Made by a program: the position numbers and the translations under genes
From: Nitrospirota bacterium
GTDB lineage: Bacteria > Nitrospirota > UBA9217
Assembly (NCBI GenBank): GCA_963818475.1
Contig: CAWFSF010000005.1
Location: 608,001 to 672,000 of the forward strand
Direction: 5' to 3'
Length of the DNA stretch: 64,000 nucleotides
The notes under the pieces: generated by a model
Database searches by the model: none
What the model saw: only the letters and a program-made list of their open reading frames with translations
Told to the model about the DNA's origin: nothing
In this document: piece after piece, positions 10,976-21,059 of the stretch
Numbering within the stretch: position 1 is the stretch's first letter
Layout of the letters: the number at the start of each line of letters is the position of its first letter

Positions 10976-11776
10976 TCATTTTTCAACCGGGGCCCTGCGC
11001 AATTTCCAGAGCATGAAGAGCGACAGGAAGACCATGCCGATGGCGATGATCTGCGACGTGGAGATGATCCCGCCGAAGTAGAGGCCCCGCACAACGTCCC
11101 CGCGATAGAATTCGATGATGAAGCGCAGGACGGCATAGAAGAGCGGATAGAACCAGAATACCTGCCCGTCGTATTTCCGGGCGCGCCGCACCAGCAGCAG
11201 CATGCCGAAGATCAGGAACTCGCCGCCCGATTCAAGCAGCTGTGTCGGAACGAGCGGTACGCCGAGCGGCGCCAGGGAATGAGGGTCGCTGAAGGTGATG
11301 CAGAAGGGGCCGCTGCAGGGAGCTCCGAAACAGCAGCCGGCGAAAAAGCAGCCGAGCCTGCCGAAGCCGTGTCCCAGGGCGATGTAGGGGGCCATGATGT
11401 CTGCAGTTTTCCAGACCGGCAGCGCGTGTTTACGCACATACCAGATGCCGGTCGGCACTGCCGCGAGCAGGCCGCCGTAGAATACGAGGCCGCCTTTCCA
11501 GATAGCGAAGGCGTCCAGCGGGTTCCTGCCGAACTCCTGCAGATTCGTGAGCACATAGAGGATGCGGGACCCCACGATGGCGGCGAGCAGCAGGTACACG
11601 CCCATGTCGAGGATCCTGTCCGGATCAAGCCCTTCTTTCCGCGCCTGCCGCGAGGCCAGATACATGCTGACCAGGAAACCGATGCCGATCATGAGACCGT
11701 ACATCCTGATCGGGATAGGCCCCAGGACCCAGTTGCCAAAGTCGATTTTCGGTATTTCAAATAAGATGGGATGCAT
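10976..11776 (-). CDS. lgt: Prolipoprotein diacylglyceryl transferase
   Basis: MYGLMI, GGLVFYGG, GRLGCFFAGCC, PTQLLE, RFIIEFYR. Confidence 0.93.
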   Translation of the reverse strand: MHPILFEIPKIDFGNWVLGPIPIRMYGLMIGIGFLVSMYLASRQARKEGLDPDRILDMGVYLLLAAIVGSRILYVLTNLQEFGRNPLDAFAIWKGGLVFYGGLLAAVPTGIWYVRKHALPVWKTADIMAPYIALGHGFGRLGCFFAGCCFGAPCSGPFCITFSDPHSLAPLGVPLVPTQLLESGGEFLIFGMLLLVRRARKYDGQVFWFYPLFYAVLRFIIEFYRGDVVRGLYFGGIISTSQIIAIGMVFLSLFMLWKLRRAPVEK

Positions 11777-11792
11777 AACTTCCTTTCGGAAA

Positions 11793-11892
11793 AAATCCTA
11801 AAACATAATATCTAAACTCTAAACAACGGTGAAAATTTGAACATTTAGATTTCGAGATTTATTTAGGATTTCGATATTAGGATTTAGAGCTT
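11793..11892. repeat. Inverted array of about 7-bp AAATCCT/AAATCTA-type repeats
   Basis: Left arm aaatcctaaaacataatatctaaactctaaac; right arm tttagatttcg...tttaggatttcgatattaggatttagagc, overlapping the lspA stop. Confidence 0.6.
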
Positions 11893-12368
11893 TCTTCACG
11901 CTGTTTCGTAAACAGCATATCCACGATCAGCAGAACCACGCCCACGGAGATCGCTGAGTCTGCGATGTTGAACGACGGCCAGTAGAAGTCTTTCACGTAC
12001 CACTGAATGAAATCGACGACCTCGGAATAACGCAGCCGATCGACCAGGTTGCCGACAGCCCCTCCCGCGATCAGGGAGAAGGCGATGATCTGCAGGCGCT
12101 CTTTTGTGCTCCTGATGAGGAACGCAATGACGGCCACAGCGATGATCGTCACGGAGATGAAGAACATGCTCCGCCAGATACCCGGCACGCTCGCAAGGAT
12201 GCCGAACGCCGCACCCTTGTTCCTGACATGCGTCACATTAAAGAAACCCGGGACAACCGTGATTATCTCATACAGACGGATGTGCTTTTCGATGAGGTAC
12301 TTCGTTGCCTGATCGAGGATGAGGATAAAACCAGTAATAGAACCGACCCAGAAATATTTATTCTTCAA
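11877..12368 (-). CDS. lspA: Lipoprotein signal peptidase II
   Basis: DQATK, NKGAAFG, GGAVGNLVDR, VVDFI, FNIAD. Confidence 0.95.
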   Translation of the reverse strand: MKNKYFWVGSITGFILILDQATKYLIEKHIRLYEIITVVPGFFNVTHVRNKGAAFGILASVPGIWRSMFFISVTIIAVAVIAFLIRSTKERLQIIAFSLIAGGAVGNLVDRLRYSEVVDFIQWYVKDFYWPSFNIADSAISVGVVLLIVDMLFTKQREESSKS

Positions 12369-12420
12369 TCAAAACTCCCCGTCAAATTGTTGTTTTTCCG
12401 CATTCCGCATTCCGAACTTA

Positions 12421-15201
12421 CTACAGGTTTCCCGCGCATCTGCCGCAAAGCTCAGGATGGTCCTTCACCGCGCCCACGGTCTCGCTGTACATCCAGCACC
12501 GGCCGCACTTCACGCCTTGTGCCGGGCCGGCCGCGATCCGGAGCCCTTTCACGGTCTCGCTCGCATAGGCGTCTGTTGGAGCGTCGGCTTCGTTCGCGAT
12601 CGTCACCGAGGAAACAATGAAAATGAACGCCAGGTCGTTCGCATAGCTGTTCAGGAAGGCCGCAAGCTCCGGTGCTGCGTAGAGCGTGACCGCGGCATCC
12701 AGGGAGTGGCCGATCTTCTTGTCGCGCCGGAGCGCCTCGAGCACCTTGGCTGCTTCGCCGCGCACCGCAAGGATCCGGTCCCAGCGCTCGGCGAGCGCGG
12801 GATCCAGGTATTTTTTCTCGACCACGGGAAAGGACGCGAGGAACACGCTCTTGGCGACCGAGCTTTCCTTCATATAGCCCCAGACCTCGTCTGCCGTGAA
12901 CGAGAGCACCGGCGCCATGAGCCGCACCATGGACGAAAGGATGGCATGCATCGTGGTCTGGCCCGAGCGGCGTTCCGAAGACTTTGTTTTCGCCGTATAC
13001 AGACGGTCTTTCAGGATATCGAGGTAGAAGGAGCTCATATCCACGGCGCAGAAATTATGGAGCGAGTGGAACACGACATGGAACTCGAAGTCATCATAGG
13101 CCTTTTCCACGCGCTGCACCAGCAGCTGCAGCCGATGCAAGGCCCATCGGTCGATCTCGAGCAGGTCAGCATCGGCGACCTTGTCGGCAGAAGGATCGAA
13201 GTCGGACAGGTTGCCGAGCAGGTAGCGGCTGGTGTTCCTGATCCTGCGGTACGCTTCCGCCAGATGCGTCAGGATCTCCTGCGAGATCCTGATGTCGTCG
13301 CGGTAGTCCGCCGCCGACACCCAGAGCCTGAGCACCTCGGCGCCGTACTTGTCGATCACCTCCTGCGGCGCGACCACGTTGCCCGAGGACTTGCTCATCT
13401 TCTTGCCCGAACCGTCCACGGTAAATCCATGCGTCAGCACGGTCCGATAGGGGGCCTGGCCCGTTGTCGCGACCGAGGTGAGCAAGGACGACTGGAACCA
13501 TCCCCGGTGCTGATCGCTGCCTTCGAGATACATATCAGCAGGCCAGGAGAGCTCCTTGCGCTGCCGGAGCACCGCCGCATGGCTCACACCGGAATCGAAC
13601 CACACATCAAGGATGTCCATCTCCTTGGCAAGCTCCCTGCTGCCGCACTTCTTGCATGACGTGCCCGCGGGAAGCAGTTCCGCCGGTGTCCGGACGAACC
13701 AGGCGTCGGCACCCTCTTTCTCGACAATGTCCGCAACATGGTCCACGACCTTCTGGTCGAGCAGCAGTTCGTTGCACTGAGTGCAGGTAAAAGCGATGAT
13801 CGGCACGCCCCAGGCCCGCTGGCGCGAGATGCACCAGTCCGGCCGGTTCTCCATCATGCCGAGGATGCGGTCCTTGCCCCAGGTCGGAACCCAGTTCACG
13901 GTCTGGATGTTCTCCAGGGTCTTTTTGTGGAGGTCGTTCGTCTTCATCGAGATGAACCACTGCTCCGTGGCGCGGAAGATCACCGGGTTTTTGCAGCGCC
14001 AGCAGTGCGGATAGGAGTGCGATATCTTCTCCTCGGCCATAAGCGCGTTTTTAGCCGCGAGCAGTTCGATGATCCCCTTGTTCGCCTTGAACACGTACTG
14101 TCCCGCGAAATCGCCCGCCTCTTTCGTGAACACGCCTTTATGGTCAACAGGGGCATAGATGTCGAGGCCGTACTGCAGCCCTGCCTCGTAGTCCTCCTGT
14201 CCATGGCCCGGCGCCGTATGCACCGCGCCGGTCCCTGCCTCGAGGGTCACATGATGGCCCGTGATCACGAGGGAATCGCGCTCGATGAACGGGTGGCGCG
14301 CTTTCAGCCCTTCGAGCTTTTTGCCTTTGAACTTCTCGATGACCTTGTGGCTTTTCACACCAAATTTTTCGAGCGACTGCTGCAGAAGCCCTTCAGCAAG
14401 GATCAGCACCTCTGTGCCGGCCTCGACGGCAACATAGTCGAATTCGGGATGGAGCGCGACAGCCAGGTTCGCGATCAGCGTCCAGGGCGTCGTGGTCCAG
14501 ATGACGATCGATACTTTTTTCCCTTTGAGCGACGGCAGCGCCTTCTCCGCTTCAGGCAGAGCGAAGCGCACATATACCGACGGCGACTCGTGGTCCGCGT
14601 ACTCCACCTCGGCCTCGGCCAGCGCGGTCTCGCAGGAGCCGCACCAGTAGACTGGCTTCTTGCCCTTGTACACGCCCTTGTTCCCGACGAACTTGCCGAA
14701 CTCTCGCACAATGGCTGCCTCATAAGCAAAGTTCATCGTAAGGTAGGGATGGTCCCAGTCGCCGAACACGCCGAGCCGCTTGAACTCCTCGCGCTGGATG
14801 TCGATGAACTTCTCGGCATATTCGCGGCAAAGCTTGCGGATCTCGTTCTGGCTCATACTCTCTTTTTTGGAGCCGAGGTTCTTCAGCACCTGGTGCTCGA
14901 TCGGCAGACCATGGCAGTCCCAGCCCGGCACGTAGGGGCTCTTGTAGCCGCTCATGGACTTGAACTTGACGATGACGTCCTTCAGGATCTTGTTCAGCGC
15001 ATGGCCGATGTGGATATGACCGTTGGCGTAGGGCGGTCCGTCGTGCAGGATGTAGTTCTTCCTGTCTTTGGCCTGCTCCAGCATGAGATCGTAGGTCTTT
15101 TCCTGCTGCCACTTCCCGATCATGCGCGGCTCAAGGTCCTTGAGGTTCGCCTTCATCGGGAAATCGGTCTTTGGCAAATTCAATGTTGTCTTATAATCCA
15201 T
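12421..15201 (-). CDS. ileS: Isoleucine--tRNA ligase
   Basis: HDGPPYANGHIHIGH, WCISRQR, KMSKS, C-terminal Zn finger. Confidence 0.97.
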   Translation of the reverse strand: MDYKTTLNLPKTDFPMKANLKDLEPRMIGKWQQEKTYDLMLEQAKDRKNYILHDGPPYANGHIHIGHALNKILKDVIVKFKSMSGYKSPYVPGWDCHGLPIEHQVLKNLGSKKESMSQNEIRKLCREYAEKFIDIQREEFKRLGVFGDWDHPYLTMNFAYEAAIVREFGKFVGNKGVYKGKKPVYWCGSCETALAEAEVEYADHESPSVYVRFALPEAEKALPSLKGKKVSIVIWTTTPWTLIANLAVALHPEFDYVAVEAGTEVLILAEGLLQQSLEKFGVKSHKVIEKFKGKKLEGLKARHPFIERDSLVITGHHVTLEAGTGAVHTAPGHGQEDYEAGLQYGLDIYAPVDHKGVFTKEAGDFAGQYVFKANKGIIELLAAKNALMAEEKISHSYPHCWRCKNPVIFRATEQWFISMKTNDLHKKTLENIQTVNWVPTWGKDRILGMMENRPDWCISRQRAWGVPIIAFTCTQCNELLLDQKVVDHVADIVEKEGADAWFVRTPAELLPAGTSCKKCGSRELAKEMDILDVWFDSGVSHAAVLRQRKELSWPADMYLEGSDQHRGWFQSSLLTSVATTGQAPYRTVLTHGFTVDGSGKKMSKSSGNVVAPQEVIDKYGAEVLRLWVSAADYRDDIRISQEILTHLAEAYRRIRNTSRYLLGNLSDFDPSADKVADADLLEIDRWALHRLQLLVQRVEKAYDDFEFHVVFHSLHNFCAVDMSSFYLDILKDRLYTAKTKSSERRSGQTTMHAILSSMVRLMAPVLSFTADEVWGYMKESSVAKSVFLASFPVVEKKYLDPALAERWDRILAVRGEAAKVLEALRRDKKIGHSLDAAVTLYAAPELAAFLNSYANDLAFIFIVSSVTIANEADAPTDAYASETVKGLRIAAGPAQGVKCGRCWMYSETVGAVKDHPELCGRCAGNL

Positions 15202-15220
15202 TCAGGTTCCTTCCGCTTCA

Positions 15221-15256
15221 AAATCCGCAATCCGCAATCCGAAATTCGCAATCGCA
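15221..15256. repeat. Heptamer tandem repeat (ATCCGCA)n; related arrays at 12396-12416 and 63043-63068
   Basis: atccgca atccgca atccgaa attcgca atcgca read directly. Confidence 0.7.
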
Positions 15257-15268
15257 GTAGTTGATCGT

Positions 15269-17743
15269 TTAGTCTTCCGCCTCTTCCTGTTTTTTCTTGA
15301 CCGGCGCTGCCTCTTCACCCTGGTCGAGCAAATAGAACTGGCCGGCCTTCGGGCTGTTATTCACGTCAGCAAACTGAGTCGGTTCCGTGCCCTTGCGGAA
15401 CACATCGTTGACGGCATCGGCGGCGTCTTCACGCGCCAAAAGCCCGCTCGCGGGATCGATTTTCACGAATACCACATCCTCGGGCGCCGCAAAATCCTCG
15501 GCCGGTTTGCCCGCCAGCGCCCGGGCCATGACCGGGACCCAGATCGGGAGCGCCGCGCGGCCGCCGGTCTCCTTGTCGCCCAGGGACGCCTGGGAATTGT
15601 CATACCCGACCCACACACCGGTCACCATGCTCGTCGCGTAGCCCACGAACCAGGCATCCACATAGTTGTTCGTAGTGCCGGTCTTGCCTGCCAGCGGCTT
15701 TCCAATCACTGTTGCCCCGCGCCCCGTGCCTTCTTCCACCACGCTTTTTAAGAGGCTCGTGACCAGGTAGGCCGTGGTCGGATCAAGGGCCTCCTTGGGC
15801 TCAGGCTCGTAACTTTCGAGCACAACGCCATTCCCGTCGACAATGCTCTTGATGATGATCGGCGCCGCGCGCACCCCCTGGGAAGCGAAAGTCGCATAGG
15901 CTGAGGTGAGTTCCAGCGGCGTCACCGCCGATGAACCAAGGGCGGTCGTGAAATCGTAGCTGATCGAGCTCGTGATGCCGGCCTTCCGTGCGAAATCAAT
16001 GGTCTTATCCAGCCCGATCTCTTCAAGCAGACCGACGGTCACTGCGTTCCGCGACAGGGCCAATGCTGTTCTCATCCGCATGGGGCCCATGAACCGATCG
16101 TCGTAGTTCGTCGGCTTCCAGGTCTTCTTCTCGAACTCGCTCTTCTCGTGGATCACCGGCAGATCCATGAGGATCGAGGCCGGCGTGAACCCGTTCTCGA
16201 GCGCAGCGCCGTAAATAAAGGGCTTGAAGGAAGAACCGGGCTGGCGCATTGCTTCGGTGGCATGGTTGAAGCCGCCTTCCACAAAATCATACCCGCCGAC
16301 CAAGGCCCGCACGTAACCCGTATAGGGTTCGATGGAAACCACGGCGCCCTCGACGAGCGGCGTCTGATCGAGGACGAACGTTGCCAGCTGTTTCTTTTTG
16401 TCAAAGTCCTTCAAGCGGACCTTGACGATGTCCCCGGGCTGAAGGATCTCCTTGGGCTTCTTGAACTCGTCAGGATTGTACTGGTTCTTTTTGGGCTTGA
16501 CGAGCGCCCAGGCCATGCTGTCCTGCATGATGTAGCCGATCATGCCGCGTCCCTTGACCGTAATATAGTAATCGCCGACCTCGAGTACCTGGGCGTTGAA
16601 GATCTCGCCGGGTTTCACCATCACCCGGATCGCGCTCACCTGGAGAGCGTTGGGTTTAAGCGCCTTAAAACCCACCTTGCCGCGGAATCCCTGACGCTTG
16701 TCGAGGGCGCGCAATCCTTCTTTGAGCGAGGTCATGGCAGCGCGCTGCAGGTCCATATCAATGGCGGTATAGACCTTGATCCCGCCTTCATAGAGCCGGT
16801 CTGCGCCGTATTTGGCCTCGACATACTTGCGAACGTAGTCGACCACATGCGGCGCCGGATCTTCCTGCGCACGCAGGTTCTCCAGGCTCAGCGGCTGGTC
16901 ATAGATCTTCGTGCTCTGTTCCTCCGTAAGGTATTTCTCGTCTACCATGCGCTGCAGCACCTGGCGCTGGCGGAGCTTCGTCAGGTCCACATCGCTGTAG
17001 GGCGAATAGACCATGGGCGCCTTGGGCAGGCCGGCGAGGAGCGCGGCCTCGGCCTGGTTGATCTCCCAGATGTTCTTGCCGAAATACGTTTTGGCCGCCA
17101 TCTGCACGCCGTAGGCGCCGTGGCCAAAATAAACCTTGTTGAAATAGAGCTCAAGGATCTCGTCCTTCGAGATCTCCTTCTCAAGCCGACGGGCAAGGAT
17201 CACTTCCTTGATCTTGCGCGTAAAGCTCCGCTCCGACGAGAGGAACACCACCTTGGTGAGCTGCTGCGTGATCGTGCTGCCGCCCTGTTTGAGCCTGACC
17301 GCAATGATGTCCTTGAGCGCAGCGCGCAGGATGCCGCGATAGTCAAGGCCCGTGTGCTGGTAGAACCGCGGGTCCTCGGTGGCAAGCAGCGCGTCCTTCA
17401 GGAACTTCGGGATGCGCGAAAGCGGCACATAGGTGCCCTTCTCGATCTTGATCTGGCCGAGCACCCGCCCGTCCTCGGCCAGGATGACCGTGCCGGCGCT
17501 CGGCTTGTAGTCCTTGAGCGATTCAACGGTCGGCAGTCCGAAGGAGAAGAAGAAGAACATAAGCGCGACCAGAAGAACACCGGCGACGAAGGCGATCCCT
17601 AAGAGCTTCAATGCTTTTTTGGGTGTAAAGGCATTGATCCAGGGCACCGCGACCGTGAACCAGAACGCTTTGAATTTCTCCCGGGCGGACAAGGCGAACT
17701 TCTTTATAGATTCAATGATTTCCATGAACTTTTGTTTCAACAT
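15269..17743 (-). CDS. mrcA: Penicillin-binding protein 1A
   Basis: Transglycosylase EDPRFY and GGSTITQQL; transpeptidase SSFK, SRN, KTG. Confidence 0.92.
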   Translation of the reverse strand: MLKQKFMEIIESIKKFALSAREKFKAFWFTVAVPWINAFTPKKALKLLGIAFVAGVLLVALMFFFFSFGLPTVESLKDYKPSAGTVILAEDGRVLGQIKIEKGTYVPLSRIPKFLKDALLATEDPRFYQHTGLDYRGILRAALKDIIAVRLKQGGSTITQQLTKVVFLSSERSFTRKIKEVILARRLEKEISKDEILELYFNKVYFGHGAYGVQMAAKTYFGKNIWEINQAEAALLAGLPKAPMVYSPYSDVDLTKLRQRQVLQRMVDEKYLTEEQSTKIYDQPLSLENLRAQEDPAPHVVDYVRKYVEAKYGADRLYEGGIKVYTAIDMDLQRAAMTSLKEGLRALDKRQGFRGKVGFKALKPNALQVSAIRVMVKPGEIFNAQVLEVGDYYITVKGRGMIGYIMQDSMAWALVKPKKNQYNPDEFKKPKEILQPGDIVKVRLKDFDKKKQLATFVLDQTPLVEGAVVSIEPYTGYVRALVGGYDFVEGGFNHATEAMRQPGSSFKPFIYGAALENGFTPASILMDLPVIHEKSEFEKKTWKPTNYDDRFMGPMRMRTALALSRNAVTVGLLEEIGLDKTIDFARKAGITSSISYDFTTALGSSAVTPLELTSAYATFASQGVRAAPIIIKSIVDGNGVVLESYEPEPKEALDPTTAYLVTSLLKSVVEEGTGRGATVIGKPLAGKTGTTNNYVDAWFVGYATSMVTGVWVGYDNSQASLGDKETGGRAALPIWVPVMARALAGKPAEDFAAPEDVVFVKIDPASGLLAREDAADAVNDVFRKGTEPTQFADVNNSPKAGQFYLLDQGEEAAPVKKKQEEAED

Positions 17744-17911
17744 GAATGTAACCTCAGGATATTCCGTTTGTTTTAGGCAGTGTCGGGGATATTAGCATCT
17801 GGGCAGGATAAAATCAAACGAAAAGTTTTTTGCGACGGTGTTGCGTGGAGGCGGAAAAGGGCAAAAAGCCGTGCATGACAGGGTCGTTCCTGTACGCAGA
17901 AAAGCGCCGGA

Positions 17912-18451
17912 CTATCCTATTGCTGCAAATTCGGCCTTAAAAAATTCAAACGCTTCCTTATCTACAATGCAGAACTCGACCAGTTCGAGGGTCGTCCCGG
18001 GATTGCTTTTCAAAAAACCGACGCTCCCGTCCACCAGGATCTGTGCGCACCGGTCCTTGGGGAATCCGAAGATACCGGCGCTTATGGCAGGGATTGAGAT
18101 GCTTTTGAGCCTCTTGTCTGTGGCGAGCGCCAGCACGCTGGTGATGGCTTTTCTGAGCTTTGGATCCTCATCTCCTTCCCCCATCCTCGGCCCAACCGCG
18201 TGGATCACGAACTTCGCCTTCAGCCTTCCTGCGCCCGTGATCGCCGCCCCGCCCACGGGAACGTACCCGATCCGGTCGCTTTCGTCCTGGATGATCTGCC
18301 CGCCTTTTCGCACGATCGCGCCGGCCACTCCGCCGCCGTGCTGGAGATGAGTGTTCGCAGCATTTACAATGGCATCAACTTCGCGCTCCGTGAGATCCGC
18401 GGAAACGAGCCGCAGGGTTGTGTGGTTGACCTTCTTTTCGAGCATGTCCAT
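17912..18451 (-). CDS. Macro-domain protein (YmdB-like O-acetyl-ADP-ribose deacetylase)
   Basis: DAIVNAAN..L.HGGGVAGAI, VIHAVGP, PAISAGIFGFP. Confidence 0.9.
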   Translation of the reverse strand: MDMLEKKVNHTTLRLVSADLTEREVDAIVNAANTHLQHGGGVAGAIVRKGGQIIQDESDRIGYVPVGGAAITGAGRLKAKFVIHAVGPRMGEGDEDPKLRKAITSVLALATDKRLKSISIPAISAGIFGFPKDRCAQILVDGSVGFLKSNPGTTLELVEFCIVDKEAFEFFKAEFAAIG

Positions 18452-18531
18452 GGGACTCTCCTATCCTGAAGCGTAGCAAAAAACGAACATCGGGGACGTT
18501 GTTGCTATTTGATACATGAATCTCACATGGT

Positions 18532-19500
18532 TTATTTCGACCGTTCCATAGCCTTCGTGATCGCCGACGTACCGACTCCTACATAACGGGCGATCGCAGC
18601 CGCCGACAGCCCCAGTTCGTCTCTGCCGCGCCTGGCAATGGTCGCCCTCGTACTGCTAACCTCCCTGCGCCTACCGCCGCCCTGCAATTCAAGCGGATTG
18701 ATGCCGCTCCTGCGGCACTCCTCCTCGATAATCGTTCGTATGGTTTTCCCTGCTCGCTTATGCTTGAGTTGACGCAGGTAAAGCTTTTCTGTTTCTTTCA
18801 GCACCTGGCTGACGAATTCGCCGCCGCCCAGGATGCGCTGATCAAAGTCCTCTTGCTGCCCTCTCCGTCTCATGCCCAGCACCTGCGACCATCCGCCCTG
18901 GCTCCGGAGAAGACCACCGCCGGTCAGTTCCGCGAGTTGTCCCTGACCAACGCCCTCCTGCATAAATCGGCGATATCCCTTGAGGGCCTTGCTGCGGGTG
19001 CCTCCGAATTGCGCCAGAACGTTTGCGATATCCATCCAGGGATATTCCGCCTTGCCGATGATCGCCCGGTGGCCACTCCAGGGATAGCGGTCCAGTTCCT
19101 CGATCATTTTGACGATGCCGGCCCGGATGGGATTGAGATGGATATAGCGGACAAGAGCCAGCAGGTAGTTATCTTCATCGCACAGGATGGACTTGTATCG
19201 GTTCTCAAACAGGTGACCTGTGCGCTGATGGCGTCGGTTGAAGTATTGTGCGTACCAGGTGAGGAGTTTGCGCATGACGCCGGATATGCCGTTCTTTCCG
19301 CTTTTGAAAAGGAGATGGACATGATTGTTCATGAGGACCCAGGCGTAGACACTGCTATTCCCCTCGCACACATTCAGGCCAAGTCGCTCAAGGAACAGGC
19401 GCCTGTCCTGGTCGTCCACGAAGATGTCGGTCTTATTAATTCCGCGTATCATGATGTGGTGCAAGGCACCGGGGACATCGAGTCGAGCTTGTCGTGGCAT
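18532..19500 (-). CDS. REP-associated-type tyrosine transposase (Y1_Tnp) with C-terminal HTH (DnaA_C-like)
   Basis: MPRQAR, HHIMIRG, LMNNHVHLL (HUH), GHLFENRY, YIHLNP (catalytic Tyr), YPWSGH. Confidence 0.9.
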   Translation of the reverse strand: MPRQARLDVPGALHHIMIRGINKTDIFVDDQDRRLFLERLGLNVCEGNSSVYAWVLMNNHVHLLFKSGKNGISGVMRKLLTWYAQYFNRRHQRTGHLFENRYKSILCDEDNYLLALVRYIHLNPIRAGIVKMIEELDRYPWSGHRAIIGKAEYPWMDIANVLAQFGGTRSKALKGYRRFMQEGVGQGQLAELTGGGLLRSQGGWSQVLGMRRRGQQEDFDQRILGGGEFVSQVLKETEKLYLRQLKHKRAGKTIRTIIEEECRRSGINPLELQGGGRRREVSSTRATIARRGRDELGLSAAAIARYVGVGTSAITKAMERSK

Positions 19501-19506
19501 GTCTGT

Positions 19507-19535
19507 ATACTATGGAAATGCGGGGCTACTGTCAA
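19507..19535 (-). promoter_or_regulatory. Sigma70 promoter giving a probably leaderless transposase mRNA
   Basis: TTGACA-17 nt-TAGTAT-6 nt-ATG. Confidence 0.7.
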
Positions 19536-19574
19536 GCATTATATCAATTAGCAACAACGTCCCCAAAGTTCTCC

Positions 19575-20459
19575 GATCTCTTCCGTGAGCCTGTTCCCCT
19601 CGGAGTCATAGGTATAGTTGATGCTGTTTCCAAGACTATCACTGATGCTGGCGAGATTGCTGTTGGCATCATACCCGTAGGCTATGGTGTTGCCTTCCGG
19701 CAGGGTAATATGATCGATCTTGTTCGCCCCTCCGCAGGACGTGCATCCTCCCGCGACGTAGACATATTGCGTAGGGCTGGCGTCACCTGCTGCCGTGACC
19801 GTAAGCACCCGTCCGCTATCGTCATAGGTATAGGCAGTGCTGTTGCCGTTCGGGTCAAGGACGTTTCGGGGGTTGCCGAGAGCGTCGTGGTTGCTGTAGG
19901 TCGTTGTGCCGATAATGGGCTGGGTCGTTGAGGTCAGAAACCCTGTCATGAAGTCATAGACATAGCTCGTAACGTCCGTCACATCGGTCCTGGGGCCGTC
20001 GATGCTCGTGAGCTTGCCGTTGGTATAACCATAGGTCGTGGTATAGGAGTAGGCCGTGCCGCTGCCCAGAAGCCCGGCGTCGGTCGTGGTCAGGAGATTG
20101 CCGGTGGTATTGTCATAGGTGTTGGTGACGATCTTGTTTTGATTCGGGTCGACAACGCTTGCTACGATCTCCTGGGCCACCTTGTGGAACGTGGCCGCTG
20201 TAGCTTGCGGATCGATCTCATACTGGTAGATGTACGTCGTGGTCTTCTGAATAGCAGCCCAATCACTCGGGCTGGGTTTGCTTGCCTCTGTTTTGGTCTT
20301 CAGGTTGCCGTAGGTGTCGTAGGTGAAATCAGTGGCTGATCTGAGCACAAGGACCGGCACGGACACCGTTCCCGTGTTTTCCCAGTATTCTTCGCGGGTG
20401 ATTTTTGTCAGGGCATTCCGGGTATAGATTATGACATTGCCCCGGGAGTCGGTCTCTTT
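19575..20459 (-). pseudogene. Orphan Rhs core fragment, cut at the transposase TIR
   Basis: Highly similar to about 28000-28887 of the full Rhs; similarity ends at ...RLTEEI, 10 bp from the TIR. Confidence 0.85.
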
Positions 20460-20632
20460 AGGAATCGGAGGAATTTATTGTAGTCGGCAGTTTCTCTGAA
20501 GATCTGCTGGCGCTGGTTCCCCCCCGCGTAATCACGTGGTAGAAGGCACCTTCAAACTCGATGCGGGGTTTCCGTGGCATGCGGAGAGACAATCACTCGA
20601 AGGGGAGAATGTCAATTCTAAAGTCTGACCCC
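20460..20632 (-). mobile_element. Left end of a second Y1 transposase element (GGGGTCAGAC terminus plus the first ~40 codons)
   Basis: MPRKPRIEFEGAFYHVITRG.NQRQQIF...; near-identical to 24053-24223. Confidence 0.8.
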
Positions 20633-20680
20633 AATACCTCCCAATACCTCCCGGCGACGGGATGATTCGGGGAACTCCAG

Positions 20681-21028
20681 CTATTTTAATTCTCGTTGAA
20701 GCATTGCTTTCTTGTAGGTTACCTCAATATAGCCATCTATTAAGTACAGTCTAAAGCAGCCACCGTTCTTACACTTCTTTGCGTAACCATTGCTTATATT
20801 ACCAGCGCCGATATTATCTTTAAGTTCAGCTAAATCACAATTGATGGATATTGTATTTACTTCCTTAAAAACAAGTTTGTGATATACCCTTTTTGTTGCG
20901 TCGTCGGAATCAGGATAAACATATACTTCAACAGTCATATTCTGCAACATGCGTTTCCTGTCACTGAATGCCAGCGAAATGCCGTACAGTACTCCATCAT
21001 GCCAGACAATATCATCAATTGTTTTCAC
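20681..21028 (-). CDS. Putative cytoplasmic immunity protein (Imm50-like WHD motif)
   Basis: Follows the orphan Rhs tip; AT-rich; no signal peptide; N-terminal VWHDGVL. Confidence 0.6.
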   Translation of the reverse strand: MKTIDDIVWHDGVLYGISLAFSDRKRMLQNMTVEVYVYPDSDDATKRVYHKLVFKEVNTISINCDLAELKDNIGAGNISNGYAKKCKNGGCFRLYLIDGYIEVTYKKAMLQRELK

Positions 21029-21059
21029 AAGCTCTCCTTAACACTTCTGTCTTAGCTCT

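Larger units (their letters stand above)
18492..19564 (-). mobile_element. Y1/HUH transposase element bounded by 23-bp terminal inverted repeats
   Basis: GGGGACGTTGTTGCTATTTGATA at 18492-18514 and its reverse complement with 1 mismatch at 19542-19564, flanking the transposase gene. Confidence 0.85.

Noticed and set aside
12319-17602. Long + strand ORFs (446, 508 and 484 aa), and likewise 36557-38089 and 61142-62914
   Set aside because: They are antisense shadows of GC-rich real genes
17912-18451. Macro-domain gene as an immunity factor against ADP-ribosylating toxins
   Set aside because: It looks like an ordinary YmdB-like gene with core GC content, co-oriented with mrcA and outside the TIR; no ART tip is seen
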